64,000 nucleotides of DNA from Eledone cirrhosa (Eukaryota). Under the pieces are notes generated by a model that worked only from the letters and a program-made list of their open reading frames with translations, had not been told where the DNA came from and did not search any database. The stretch covers positions 285,944,001-286,008,000 of the forward strand of contig OZ024742.1 of the NCBI GenBank assembly GCA_964016885.1, given 5' to 3'. The translations under genes and the position numbers were made by a program. Numbering within the stretch: position 1 is the first letter of the stretch; every line of letters starts with the position of its first letter. Of the stretch, positions 38,375 through 51,833 are shown piece by piece.

Positions 38375-41012
38375 TTGAATTAGTATGGTATAGACAAGTA
38401 CATATGTTGTTTAGGTGTATGATATTGTCAATACTCTGATATGCCCAGTTCCTTGTTGGGTTGTTAATTCACTGGGGAACTGGAGTCATATGAATTCAAA
38501 CAAACGAATTTTAGTGTCACAGGTCCCCTTCTCCTCTCATTGGTCAGTTATTAGTGTTGTCATTGTTGGAGTTAGCTTAAAAATTGATAAAATGGTAGAA
38601 GGGACAAGGTGTTGAAGGAACAAAATATCAAAAAATGTGTCAAACTTCCCATTGTTCAGTTCTGAGAGCATTCCTCAGTCAGAAGTCTATAGAATTCTTT
38701 CTGGGGTGAGGCTCCCTGTAGTGTTTATGCCTGCTATTGTTCAGTACATTTGACCTCCACCATTATTTTGGTACTGTTGTTGTTGTAGTGGTCAGCTTAT
38801 ATCTTGCTGCTGCTAACAATTTAGAAGTATTCAGTTTGTGTTTTCTCTTCATCCCACCCGCCACCATCGTAGTGGTGGTGGCGGGGGGGGGGGGGGTTAT
38901 TTCATGTATATGAAGAAATATAAGGCAATAAATGAAGAAAACAGAAGATAAATAAATAATATAATAAAATAAAATAATTAATATAATTTGTGTAATTTGA
39001 AAATAAATAAATAAATAGAGAATAAAGAATAAAGAGTAAATGAGAGATTGGTGAAAAAGTAATGATAATGTATATGGAGAAGTGAGAAATAATGTAGGAT
39101 AAAGTGTGTGTGTGTGTGTGCTATAACCAATCTCAAGGTCAGAATATGTTGGATAGATTGGTATGATACAAGATGTTAAGATGAGATATTCAATGTGTTT
39201 GTGTTATAATCTATCTCAACTTAAAATAAATATAAATATAAGGTTATACAGTGAAGAGGGCAGAAAACAAATAACAAATTAATATAGAGAAATCAAGATT
39301 TAAGATTGGAACTTTAAAGTCAGAAATCTGGTAAATTAAAAGTGTTTGTGTTATAGATGTTGGCCAGATTATTATGGCTGTGTCCGATTCTGTCTCTAGG
39401 CTATCATGGTGTCTGCTCCGCCTGGGTTGTTCCCTATGGCTTGAGGGGAGTTCACAACCTAGGGTGTTGTAATTGTCCATATAGCTTGAGGGAGGTCTGG
39501 CCGAGAGGTGTTTTCACGTTCTGTAGAAGTCCCTATAGCTTGAGGGGAGTTCACATCTTCTTGTGTTGCTACTGTCCATATATTTTGAGAAAGGTCCCGG
39601 CTCTAAGGTGTCTGCATGTCCCGAAGAAGTCGGTTCTGAGGTTTATCAGGCCGCTTCCACCTCTTAGTATCTCGAGGGTCTCGTTCAGGCATAGTTTGCA
39701 TATGCAAGATCCCCCTTTATCGGGTGGTACTTTCCTGATTATGTACCAGGCCAGAGAGTATGGGGTCCTGTCCAGCTTAAGCTTCCAGATCAGGTCGGAG
39801 AGAGCTGTGCTTTTCCTTTTGGCCTCCTTCTTGAATGAATGGCGATGGTTGTACCAGCGGTCCTTAAAGCTCGTTGATGTGGCTCCTATGTAGAGGTGTT
39901 CGGAGTTGGGGGTTTTAACCCTACAACCGTACACTATGTTCTTCTTGAGACATTCATTACCAAGGGGGCATGATTCGGGGTTTCTACAGTTGCAGAGGGT
40001 GGGCGGCCTCTGCGTGCTTAGATTAGGGTTCTCATTATGTGTTACATGTTGGTCTTCCCCCATGCTCGGTGGGGGGTCCTTGAGTCTGTTTGTGTTTCTT
40101 GGGTGGGCTCTGGGCCCCCCCCTTCCCTCCTTTCACATGGTTCTGCTGAGTGTTTGTATTGCCATCTTCTGGTTGTGTGTGGTTTTTAAGCCTACTTCTG
40201 TTGATGCTAGCTATGTGTTGGGCCAAATTTCTCGTGGTGGAATACGAAAGCTTCACAGTGTGTCTGTTGAAGATCCTGTGGTATCTGTGGTCCCTCGGGA
40301 AGCATTTGTCAAGCGCTCCAAAGAACAATCGGGCCAAGCTTTTCTTTAGGGCCGCTGAGTAGGGTGGGTTGTACCACGTGATTTGTCGGTGTCTCCTCCT
40401 ATATGTGTGGGTTGGGGGCTTCGTGATTTGTTGGAGATTTGTTGGTTTGCTGGTGGTTTCCGCACTGTTGCTTCCCTTTTGGGCTCTATACTTTCTGTTA
40501 TCTTCACGGCCCGGATTTGTGGGGTGGTTGTCGTCTGCCCCGGGAGATCCATCGTGGGGTGGTCGCCCATTTCCTCCCCCCCCCCCCCCCACGTGTCCTG
40601 CGGTTGGGGTTGTCCGTCCTGGGGTAGTTAGCATCACGCCTGAGACTGCTACTCATATTGTGCTCCATCTCGTGGTCAAGCGCCAGAAAGAATTCTATAG
40701 ACTTCTGACTGAGGAATGCTCTCAGAACTGAACAATGGGAAGTTTGACACATTTTTTGATATTTTGTTCCTTCAACACCTTGTCCCTTCTACCATTTTAT
40801 CAATTTTTAAGCTAACTCCAACAATGACAACACTAATAACTGACCAATGAGAGGAGGAGGGGACCTGTGACACTAAAATTCGTTTGTTTGAATTCATATG
40901 ACTCCAGTTCCCCAGTGAATTAACAACCCAACAAGGAACTGGGCATATCAGAGTATTGACAATATCATACACCTAAACAACATATGTACTTGTCTATACC
41001 ATACTAATTCAA

Positions 41013-41067
41013 ACTGCCTGAAGAGGTCACAGCCAAAGATGGCTGTCACTGAAATATATATAGCAGT
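41013..41067 (+). ncRNA. Type I hammerhead ribozyme motif
   Basis: ACTGC-CTGAAGA-GGT-C-ACAGCCA-AAGA-TGGCTGT-C-ACT-GAAA-TATATA-TA-GCAGT, then AATAAA. Confidence 0.88.
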
Positions 41068-41234
41068 AATAAACGAAGCTAAATTTTAATCATTTGACTT
41101 TTATTTAACTTTATTTTACACTACTCCGGAGTAACCAAACCAACCTGCGCACTTCGTCGAGTGCTCCAGCCTGCATACTAGGGTGTTGGTATACAACCAA
41201 CATAAACTCAAAATCTCTCTATATATATATATAT

Positions 41235-42310
41235 ATAAATGGAATAGAATGAAACGAAATTTAATTTCTCACTCTTAGTACAGCACTTACTTAAATGTAA
41301 GTATGTATGTATGTATACGTACTTACATATATGTATACAGACGTACAGTAGTATGTATATATATACATACATGCACACATATATATATGCACGTATCGGT
41401 TTACCGAACATTTATTATAATGGTCGGTTTGTTTGTTTGTAAACAAACAAACAGCCCGAATTACGCCGTACAGTGTTTAGGCAACCACGTCACCTTTTTG
41501 TTCAACACTGACACAGGAACGATGTACTAGTTTCAAACTTATTAGCTATCGTCAGCATCGTAAACCTTCCTGCCAGATGGTTGAACGTCTGAAAGTATAT
41601 ACTCTCCTTATGCATATTAACGGCTGAGCAGCCTAATTTACATATCGAGTGAGTTCAGTCGGCCGGGCTCTATTCCATTTATCGTTTATATGGAAAAGAA
41701 TGAAATGAAATGTCATTTCTCACTCTTAGTACGGCTGATACTTAAATGTATACAGACGTACAGTAGTATGTATATACATACATACATGCACACACATATA
41801 TATATATGTACGTATGGGTTTACCGAACATTTATTATAATCTTCGGTTTGTTTGTTTATATGTGTGCATGTATGTATTTATATACATACTACTGTACGTC
41901 TGTATACATACTTATATTTAAGTATCAGCCGTACTAAGAGTGAGAAATGAAATTTCATTTTTTCCATTTATCGTTTTCGGTACACCCGGCCGACTAACTC
42001 ACCCGATATGCAAATTAGGCTGCTCAGCTGTTAATATACATAAGGAAAGTATATACTTTCAAACGTTCAATCATCTGACAGGAGGTATACAGTGCTGACG
42101 ATAGCTAATAAGCTTGAAACTAGTTCATCGTTCCTCTGTCAGTGTTGAACAAAAGGGAAACGATGGTTGCCGAACACCGTACGGCTTATTTCGGGCTGTT
42201 TGTTTACAAACAAACCGAACATTATAATAAATGTTCTGTAAACCCATACGTACATATATATATATATGTGTGTGTATATATATACATACTACTGTACGTC
42301 TGTATACATA

Positions 42311-42315
<5 letters not shown>
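41235..42315. repeat. ~1.1-kb foldback of an unclassified repeat
   Basis: 41240-41680 and 41690-41860 (+) mirrored by 41860-42310 (-). Confidence 0.8.
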
Positions 42316-42351
<36 letters not shown>

Positions 42352-43186
42352 TCATTTATTTATTTATTCATTTATTTATTACTAACCAAAAGAGTGACTT
42401 TTTCTTCCACTTCGCCACTTTTAGAGCCAATTTATCGACCTTCTTAACCAACAAATCATTTGTTATCAAGTCTGTAATTCTGGCTGAAAATTGTCGACAA
42501 ATTTACGCTATATTTCCATTTCCTAAGGTTCAACGGAAGTTCATTCCGTTGATGTAAATATAATCACTAGGAAAAACAAATAACAAAAAAAAGGGATTTG
42601 ATAACATGCAAGGCTAGGTTTATTAGGGCTTAGAATCTGATTATCTACTTTTTTTAACCTTACTGATAGCACTAGACTACCGACTTAATGGTCCTCAGAG
42701 GATTCCCTCTCTTAATAATCATGTATTCTCTTACTCTCCCCCCCATTCTCGTACATTTCTCCCTCTCTCTTTTTCTCTCTCTCCCGCTTTATCTCCCTCT
42801 CTCCTCTCTCCCTCCACCTCTCTCTCTCCTTCACCTCTCTTCCTCTCCACCTCTCTCCAACTTTCCACCTACCTCTCTCCCCGCCTCTCCCCTTCTCTGC
42901 CTCTCCCCTTTCTCTCCTCTCCCCCAATCAATCACAACACCTCATTATCTCTATCTTAGTTTCACCGAGAGACTTGCTTATTTATTTATTTATTCATGTT
43001 TTCGTCTATTTTGTCTTATATTTTAATAGAACACTCTATATTCTTTCTCTCTCTCCCTCTCTCTCTCCCTCTCTCTCACCCTCTCTCTCTCTCTCTTACT
43101 CTCTCTCTCTCTATCTTTATCTCTCTATCTCTCTATCTCTCTATACATATGTGTGTATAATATATATATATATGTATATATATATT

Positions 43187-43221
<35 letters not shown>

Positions 43222-43511
43222 ATGTATTATACGTACATATGTTTTTCCTGCTAACTCACCGCCTCACTCACTCTTGGAGTTTCCCCATACTCTCCTGATG
43301 AAGGACTTATGACCGAAACATTGTAACGCCCCATTCTCACCCACCAAGCGTGAAGCTAATAACAACATGTACCATTAACTCCAGCGTTTGTATGTTTGTC
43401 ATTTTGAAGTATATATATGTATATATACAAATACATGTTTGGTTGGTTTTCGCCCACCAACCAAACAGTGAGTGTGTTCTCTTATTAATCCTGGCAATAT
43501 TATTACAACAA

Positions 43512-43709
43512 GGGTGGTGGCTTGGCAGTATCGGTAGAGGGTCGGACGCCATGCTTTCCAGCATAGTTACGTCCCTTTGCGGTCTGAGTTCAAATCCCAC
43601 CGAGGTTAACTTTGCCTTTCATCCTTACGGGGTCGATAAAATAAAGTACCAGTAATGCACTGGTTAATTGATGGCCTTGTGCCAAAAGTAGAAACAATTA
43701 TTACAACAA
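43512..43709 (+). mobile_element. Family-1 SINE with 13-bp TSD
   Basis: ATTATTACAACAA at 43499-43511 and 43697-43709. Confidence 0.85.
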
Positions 43710-44077
43710 TATGACCCTCCCCATATATATATATATAAAGAAAAAACGATGAAATCGAAAATGCAACTGGGGTCTTATTTAAAAATATATATATATATAT
43801 TTATTAAGTTCTTTACCGGTTCGCAGTTCTTCTGATTTTCAAAAATAGAGTTGAGGTGGAGGGTCTGTGGTTTTTCTGACATCATGAGTTAATGATACAT
43901 GATGTTATTAGCTTCACGCTTGGTGGGTGAGTATGCGGTGTTACAACGTTTCGGTCATAAGTCCTTCACCAGGAGAGTATGTGAGAACTCCGAGAGGGAG
44001 TGAGGCGGCGAGTTAGCAGGAAAAACATATATACGTATACACACAGACACACACGCGCACACACACACACACACACG

Positions 44078-44129
<52 letters not shown>

Positions 44130-44134
<5 letters not shown>

Positions 44135-45190
44135 ATACTTTGGGAGGGTCATGTTGCCAATAAGAAACACACGCACCAGTTGCTTTCACTTCAATTTATT
44201 ATAATAAATTTATAATAAATTTATAAATTTATAAATTTCTGGTTGGTTGGTTGGTTCCACAACCAGATAGTTGTTTATATATAGTCATAGTTCTTTCGTC
44301 ACACACTCTGTGACCTCTTCAATGACTGGGGATTCCTTTCTTTGTTTCTGTGCCTCTCCTTTGTTCTGTCCTACGCCATTTTGTTTCTGTGTGTGTGTTG
44401 TGTGCTCAGTCTGCGCATGCGCCACATCCGGGTGTCTGTGTGTGTTTATGTTCATTTATTTATTTGTTTATTTGTTACTGGTTGGTTGTTTGTTCTATGT
44501 GTGTGTGTGTTTTCATTTTGTCCTTAATTGTAAGTTGTGATGTTGCTGTTCCACTCATATTTTCTATTTAATTTTGGTTGTAATTCTTTTTTTTTTTTTT
44601 TTTTTTTTTTCTGTACTCTACCAACATGCTAAAATAGAACACAAGGGTAAATTAGAGAACATAGAAATAAAAATAGAATCTACACACAGAAAAGACGCAA
44701 TGTTTAGACAAATTACAGAGGCAATAAACATAAAAGAATTACAACCAAAATTAAATAGAAAATATGAGTGGAACAGCAACATCACAACTTACAATTAAGG
44801 ACAAAATGAAAACACACACACACACACATAGAACAAACAACCAACCAGTAACATGTAAATAAATGAACATAAACACACACAGACACCCGGATGTGGCGCA
44901 TGCGCAGACTGAGCACACAACTCACACACAGAAACAAAATGGCGTAGGACAGAACAAAGGAGAGGCACAGAAACAAAGAAAGGAATCCCCAGTCACTGAA
45001 GAGGTCACAGAGTGTGTGACGAAAGAACTATGACTATATATAAACAACTATCTGTTTGTGGAACCAACCAACCAACCAGAAATTTATAAATTTATAAATT
45101 TATTATAAATTTATTATAATAAATTGAAGTGAAAGCAACTGGTGCGTGTGTTTCTTATTGGCAACATGACCCTTCCAAAGTATAACAATA
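44130..45190 (+). mobile_element. Short Penelope-like copy: GIY-YIG C-terminus between inverted pLTRs
   Basis: SVLYQHAKIEH...RQITEAINIKELQPKLNRKYEW (44620-44798); ~44130-44560 mirrors ~44760-45190. Confidence 0.82.
44991..45035 (+). ncRNA. Type I hammerhead ribozyme motif (inverted copy 44283-44327 has C3->U)
   Basis: AGTCA-CTGAAGA-G-GTCACA-GAGTG-TGTGAC-GAAA-GAAC-TA-TGACT. Confidence 0.85.
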
Positions 45191-45282
45191 TCGGTTTCAA
45201 CACACGATTTCACATAAAGAATCTTGCTAAACAAAGTCAGAAACGAAATATATATATATATATATATATATATTTCGTTTCT

Positions 45283-45409
<127 letters not shown>

Positions 45410-45423
45410 ATACACACATATGT

Positions 45424-45459
<36 letters not shown>

Positions 45460-45541
45460 TAAGAGAGGTTGGTTTTCGCCCACCAACGAAACAGTGAGTG
45501 TGTTCTGTTATTAATCCTGGCAATATTATTACAACAGTATG

Positions 45542-45745
45542 GGTCGGTGGATTGGCAGTATCGGTAGAGAGTCGGACACCATGCTTTGAAGCATAGAGTT
45601 ACGTCCCTTTATGATCTGAGTTCAAATCCCGCCGAGGTTAACTTTGCCTTTCATCCTTACGGGGTCGATAAAATAAAGTACCAGTAATGTACTGGTTAAT
45701 TGCTGGCCTTGTGCCTAAAATAGAAACAATTATTACAACAGTATG
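45542..45745 (+). mobile_element. Family-1 SINE with 17-bp TSD
   Basis: ATTATTACAACAGTATG at 45525-45541 and 45729-45745. Confidence 0.85.
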
Positions 45746-45822
45746 ATCCACCCCCAAGTATAACAATATTTGTTTCGACACAGGATTTCGTATAAAAAAC
45801 CTCTCTCTCTCTATATATATAA

Positions 45823-45892
<70 letters not shown>

Positions 45893-46039
45893 TAGTTCCA
45901 CAACAGTTAGTTCACCAATATATATATATATGTATTTGTATATATACGTATATATATATATATATATGTATATATGCATTTGTATATATATTTATATGTA
46001 TATATGTATGTATATATATGTATATATGTATTTATTATG

Positions 46040-46650
46040 TCAGGTCACCAGTTGGTGCTACTGGTAACATGTATCCCAGTGCAACCTCTCCCATGGTCGG
46101 GTCGTTGGCGACTAAACTGACAACCCCACCAAGGTTTCTTGGTGAGGAGGGTGACTTTGGACATCCTGCAGGACTAAAAACAAAACCTGTCAAAGGGCAA
46201 AAGAGCTCTTAAGAGTCAATGGCCATCCAAAATCACAGGGAGAGATGACCCCTTAGCCTTTGTCAAGGCAGAATTCTAGGAGAAGGAAAACTCTGATATA
46301 ACACCTGCAACCCTGATGGTATCCAATGATGTTGACTTGTTCTTCTTTTTGGTAAATATCATCTTGGTTAAGAGAGTGGGACTGGCTTTGTGCAGTGCCT
46401 TTGCTCACTGTAAAAGCTTCACGGCACAGGCATTGCTTTATATCTGGAGATCTCTCTGCACTTGTCCTCAAATGGTACCATAGGCCCAGCACTATGTGTC
46501 AATAATTGTCACAAGTGTAGTGTTTGTACCAGAGTGTTCAAGTCGCTGGCTGGACTAAAAAGTCACACTCGTTCAGCGCATTGGTAGGGGTTCTCCTACA
46601 TGGATATAAAGTAGTGGCCGTACTCGAAGACGAGTTGGCAGCCACCATAT
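46040..46650 (+). mobile_element. Most complete bipartite non-autonomous RTE copy
   Basis: Highly similar to 25885-26453 with extra 5' sequence. Confidence 0.78.
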
Positions 46651-46667
46651 GTATTTATATATATGTA

Positions 46668-46702
<35 letters not shown>

Positions 46703-46755
46703 TTACGTATGTATATATATATATATATGTGTGTATATATATATGTATGTATATA

Positions 46756-46866
<111 letters not shown>

Positions 46867-47188
46867 ATACATATATGTATATATATGTATATATATGTAC
46901 ATATATATATATGATATATATAGATATATATGTATGTATATATATATATACATATATATAGACATGTGTGTGTGTGTGTGGGAAGTACGTGAAGAATACT
47001 GTTCTGTTTCTGGTCCAACTGGAATACTGGTCATTGGAACCAACTGAGGTCCGGTTCTATGCTTTACCTTAATACAGATTATATTTGTAGATTATACGAA
47101 TCCCCATTACATAATTTTAGCTCCGCCTTCCACGTTAACATCGTTTAGAGTTATTACATGTACTGGGTGCGTGTTTTCGTGGCACCAC

Positions 47189-47657
47189 CAGGGCCGTATT
47201 TAGACCATAATTAGATAGATAGGCTTATCTCCCCTTTCCAGGCGAATAGTTGCGACACACCAAGGAAATATATTTACTCCAAATCCTAATCCAAATCCAG
47301 GTGGAGGAACTCCTACACTGATTCGTATCTCTGGCCATACTGATCTACATGGGCTAGATATCGGGCCAGATCGTGGGGCCATCTTCCATTTGGCTGTCCT
47401 CTAGTTCTTCTCCACTGCTTTTGTATCCACTCTTACATTTAATACGCCACCTGTTGTCACAGAGCTATTGAATAGAGAGACAAAATATTTAGGGTCATAA
47501 TTAGACCTTGTGGGACTCGGCAGCAGTTCATGTTTGGGGACCCCGGAGAAGTTCAGGTTGGCAGGGGGCGGGGGGGGGACTGTTCTCAGAGGGAACCCTT
47601 TTTGACAAGGGTGCCTTGGGAATACTTCGCCATCACCCCTCGATAAATCAGGCCTTG
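47189..47657. mobile_element. hAT-type MITE carrying an internal insertion
   Basis: TIRs CAGGGCCGTATTTA / TAAATCAGGCCTTG; 8-bp flanks GGCACCAC / GCCACCAC; CATAATTAGA duplicated around the inner segment. Confidence 0.7.
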
Positions 47658-48029
47658 GCCACCACTACTACAACGTTGCGGTATGTAATGTAATGCAAAC
47701 ACATTGTCTTTCTATTCTATATCTCCGTGGACAGAATAAAAAGGGATATGCTACCTATATTTACGTGTTAGTGAGTAAAGATATTTCCTTGGTGGGTTTA
47801 GCAACCCTTACCTGATGAATCTTGGGTAATGACGGAAAGATTACAATCGCGAATAAAAGCGGTCGAAATGGAGTTCCGCCGAAGTGTCTTTGGAGTAACT
47901 GTACTCGATAGAGTAAAGTTACTCCATAGAGCTTGAAAACCAGCATGTTGTCTGATGCTCTACTGATACTGACCACACGAGTTTCCAAAAGGATCGACTA
48001 CACTACAAGCCAATAAACTGTATAATTAT

Positions 48030-48370
48030 ATGAAATCGTGTCGACAAGGTCTTTGGAGTAATATTACTCGATAGAGTGCGTAGCTCGGAGATCAGGGTGT
48101 CATTCCAGGTAGAATTGAGAGATCACAGCTCTGATATTATGGGCATGTGGTTAGAATGTCTCAGGAAAGAATCACTGGACAGATTTTATGGGCAAAACCA
48201 ACCGGCAGGAGACCCAGCGGCAGACCCTGATCAAACTATGAGCTTGGCTGGTCTCGCTTGGGGATCGAGACGGTTGCTTCTGACAGGACCCACTGAAACG
48301 AATGTTTGGGGACTCTACCCCCACAACTTTCTCAGGGATAAGTGAGCGAACAAGAAGAGGAGGAAGAGGT
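48030..48370 (+). mobile_element. RTE (Expander/Rex3-like) LINE 3' fragment
   Basis: L*YYGHVVRMSQERITGQILWAKPTGRRPSGRP; GAA-rich tail. Confidence 0.75.
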
Positions 48371-48454
48371 GTTTAGCAACTGTGTTGCTTTTACCATCTT
48401 AGAAACTAGAGTACTCTGTATGTCATAGAGAGATCTAAATATTTTGTGGTTCCT

Positions 48455-48467
48455 ATTGCTGTTGCTG

Positions 48468-48508
<41 letters not shown>

Positions 48509-48558
48509 GCTGCTGCTGTTACTATTACTGCTACTACTACTACTGCTACTGCTGCTGT

Positions 48559-48604
<46 letters not shown>

Positions 48605-48629
48605 GCTCCTGCTGCTGTTACTACTGCTG

Positions 48630-48662
<33 letters not shown>

Positions 48663-48691
48663 TACTGCTCCTGCTGCTGTTACTACTGCTG

Positions 48692-48758
<67 letters not shown>

Positions 48759-48894
48759 GCTACTGCTGCTGCTGCTACTACTACTAGTACTATTAATACT
48801 GCTGCTGCTGCTACTACTACTACTACTTCTCTCCCCACCACTATCACCACCACCACTACTACTACTGTTACTACTACTACTGTTACTACTACTA

Positions 48895-48935
<41 letters not shown>

Positions 48936-49010
48936 ACTACGACTGTTGTAGCTGCAACTGCAACTACTGATGCTGCATCTGCATCTGCTGCATCTGCTGC
49001 ATCTGCTGCA
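48455..49010. repeat. Compound (CTA)n/(CTG)n trinucleotide repeat
   Basis: Direct inspection. Confidence 0.95.
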
Positions 49011-49200
49011 GGGAGTAAATATGGCGGACTATGAGTAATCGGAGACTTGAGATATTTTGACACCCTTCCCCCCTATCCCTTTTAGGTAAGCCGCCATTGC
49101 TATTGAGAAGAAATATATGAATCACCACACGGTCATTCCAACACACCTCTTTCATTCACTACACACACAGACACACAGATACACACAGATACACACACAT

Positions 49201-49235
<35 letters not shown>

Positions 49236-49546
49236 GAGACAGATACATAGACTCATACACACACATACATACAAATATGATCGTTTCATCACACCTCTTT
49301 CATTCACTACAAACACACAGAGACACCCACACACACAGACACACATACATACACACACACACACGCACACACAGACAGACAGACGCACACATACATATAT
49401 ATATAAATATGGTCGTTTCATCACACATCTTTCATTCACACACACACACACACACACATATCTATATATATATATATAGATGGTCTTTCCACTCCTCCTC
49501 ATTCAATCACTACACACACATACACACTTACATACACGCACGCAAA

Positions 49547-50633
49547 CATGGTCTTTCAACCACTCCATTCACTACACACACCATCACATATACACACACA
49601 CACACACACACACATGGTATTTCAACCACTCTATTCACTACACACACCATCATATACACACATACACATACACACACGCACATGGTCTTTCAACCACTCC
49701 ATTCACTACACACACCATCACATATACACACACACACACATGGTCTTTCAACCACTCCATTCACTACACACACCATCACATACACATACACACACGCACA
49801 TGGTCTTTCAACCACTCCATTCACTACACACACCATCACATATACACACACACACACATGGTCTTTCAACCACTCCATTCACTACACACACCATCATATA
49901 CACACATACACACACACACACACACACACGCACATGGTCTTTCAACCACTCCATTCACTACACACACCATCACATATACACACACACACACATGGTCTTT
50001 CAACCACTCCATTCACTACACACACCATCATATACACACATACACACACACACACATACACACGCACATGGTCTTTCAACCACTCCATTCACTACACACA
50101 CCATCATATACACACATACACACACACACACACACACACGCACATGGTCTTTCAACCACTCCATTCACTACACACACCATCACATATACACACACACACA
50201 CATGGTATTTCAACCACTCTATTCACTACACACACCATCATATACACACATACACACACACACGCACATGGTCTTTCAACCACTCCATTCACTACACACA
50301 CCATCACATACACACATACACACACACACACACATACACACATACACACGCACATGGTCTTTCAACCACTCCATTCACTACACACACCATCACATATACA
50401 CACACACACACACATGGTCTTTCAACCACTCCATTCACTACACACACCATCACATACACACACACACACACACATGGTCTTTCAACCACTCCATTCACTA
50501 CACACACCATCACATACACACACACACACGCACATGGTCTTTCAACCACTCCATTCACTACACACACCATCACATACACACACACACACACACGCACATG
50601 GTCTTTCAACCACTCCATTCACTACACACACCA

Positions 50634-50686
<53 letters not shown>

Positions 50687-50980
50687 GTCTGTCAACCACT
50701 CCATTCACTACACCCTCCATTCACACAGACACATATACACACGCACATATGGTCTTAATACCACACCATCACACATACATACACGCAGATACACACAACA
50801 CAAACCTACAACTTACAAACATACACACAGATACATGGTCTTTTAACCACTCCATTCACACAGACACATACAAACACACATATAGTCTTAATACCACTCC
50901 ATTCACTACACACACCATCACACATACATACACGCAGATACACACACATGCTCTTTTTTACCACTCCATTCATTACACAG
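49547..50980. repeat. Composite satellite: 18 near-identical ~40-bp units separated by variable (CA)n spacers, with decayed units at the right end
   Basis: CATGGTCTTTCAACCACTCCATTCACTACACACACCATCA; period 58-86 bp. Confidence 0.95.
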
Positions 50981-51253
50981 AGAGGGGGGTAGGTAGGTAG
51001 ATATATAGATAGAGAGAAAGCGAGAGAGAGAGGGAGCGAGAGAGCAATTCCCTTCAACAATATGAACGGCAAACTAATACAGACTAATACAGAGTTTGTA
51101 AGGAAGTGGTTAACAGAAGAATGAAAAGACATCAATGAACTGAACATAGAGAGGGAGGAAGGGGAGAGCAGCACGTTTGAACTTTTCTATTTGTTGTCGG
51201 ATTTTGTAGATTTTCTGGTTGTTCTTTTTATAATTCCTTAAGCATTTTTTCGC

Positions 51254-51540
51254 GGGCATGAATGATGCGCGGTGGGGGAAACGAGAAAGAGGGCATGAAT
51301 GATGCACGGGGGAGGGAGGAGGGGGAAACGAGACAGAGGGCATGAATGATGCACGGGGGAGGGAGGAGGGGGAAACGAGACAGAGGGCATGAATGATGCA
51401 CGGGGAAGGGAGGAGGGGGAAACGAGACAGAGGGCATGAATGATGCACAGGGTGGGGGGATTAAACGAGAAAGAGGGCATGAATGATGCACGGGGAGGGA
51501 GGAGGGGGAAACGAGAAAGGGGGGGTAGATGAATGATGAA
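51254..51540. repeat. G-rich 47-bp minisatellite (~6 copies)
   Basis: GGGCATGAATGATGCACGGGGGAGGGAGGAGGGGGAAACGAGACAGA. Confidence 0.92.
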
Positions 51541-51614
51541 GGAAAGAATAAGCAGGGATTAGATGCAACTGTATAAGATGATCATGAGAAGTTCAAAAGT
51601 GTAATAGGCAGGCG

Positions 51615-51792
51615 TAGGCAGACGTGTGTTGTTGTTAAGGAGTTAAGGGGTTCACTTGGCAATCACATGGTTTCGGGTTCGATTCCACTCCTTGGCACTT
51701 TAGGCAAGTATCTTTCTTCTAATTAAGACTCGGGTCGACTCGAAACTTGTGAGTGAAATTTGGTAGACGGAAATTATGTGAAAGCTTGTCAT

Positions 51793-51795
<3 letters not shown>
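51615..51795 (+). mobile_element. tRNA-derived SINE family 3
   Basis: B box GGTTCGATTCC; 3' TTGTGAGTGAAATTTGGTAGACGGAAA; related copy ~24725-24890(-). Confidence 0.7.

Positions 51796-51833
<38 letters not shown>

Larger units (their letters stand above)
38267..41118 (-). mobile_element. Penelope-like element: truncated GIY-YIG ORF between ~435-bp inverted pseudo-LTRs
   Basis: 38267-38704 is near-identical to the reverse complement of 40684-41118; ITWYNPPYS...KLSYSTT; CNCRNPESCPLGNEC..NIVY..YIGAT..RWYNH..CKLCLNE. Confidence 0.9.

Noticed and set aside
43295-43972. Hammerhead-like cores at 43295-43325(+) and 43942-43972(-)
   Set aside because: Core and GAAA present, but helix II is mismatched and no helix I pairing was found; probably decayed
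48444-49063. Poly-L/T/Y ORFs and all YI/HT/CV/RE/LS dipeptide ORFs
   Set aside because: Translations of microsatellites
49547-50720. CRISPR array
   Set aside because: Spacers are (CA)n microsatellite, there are no cas genes, and the context is eukaryotic
49277-51000. Three overlapping 430-500 aa His/Thr-rich ORFs
   Set aside because: All three frames are open only because the CA-rich satellite lacks stop codons
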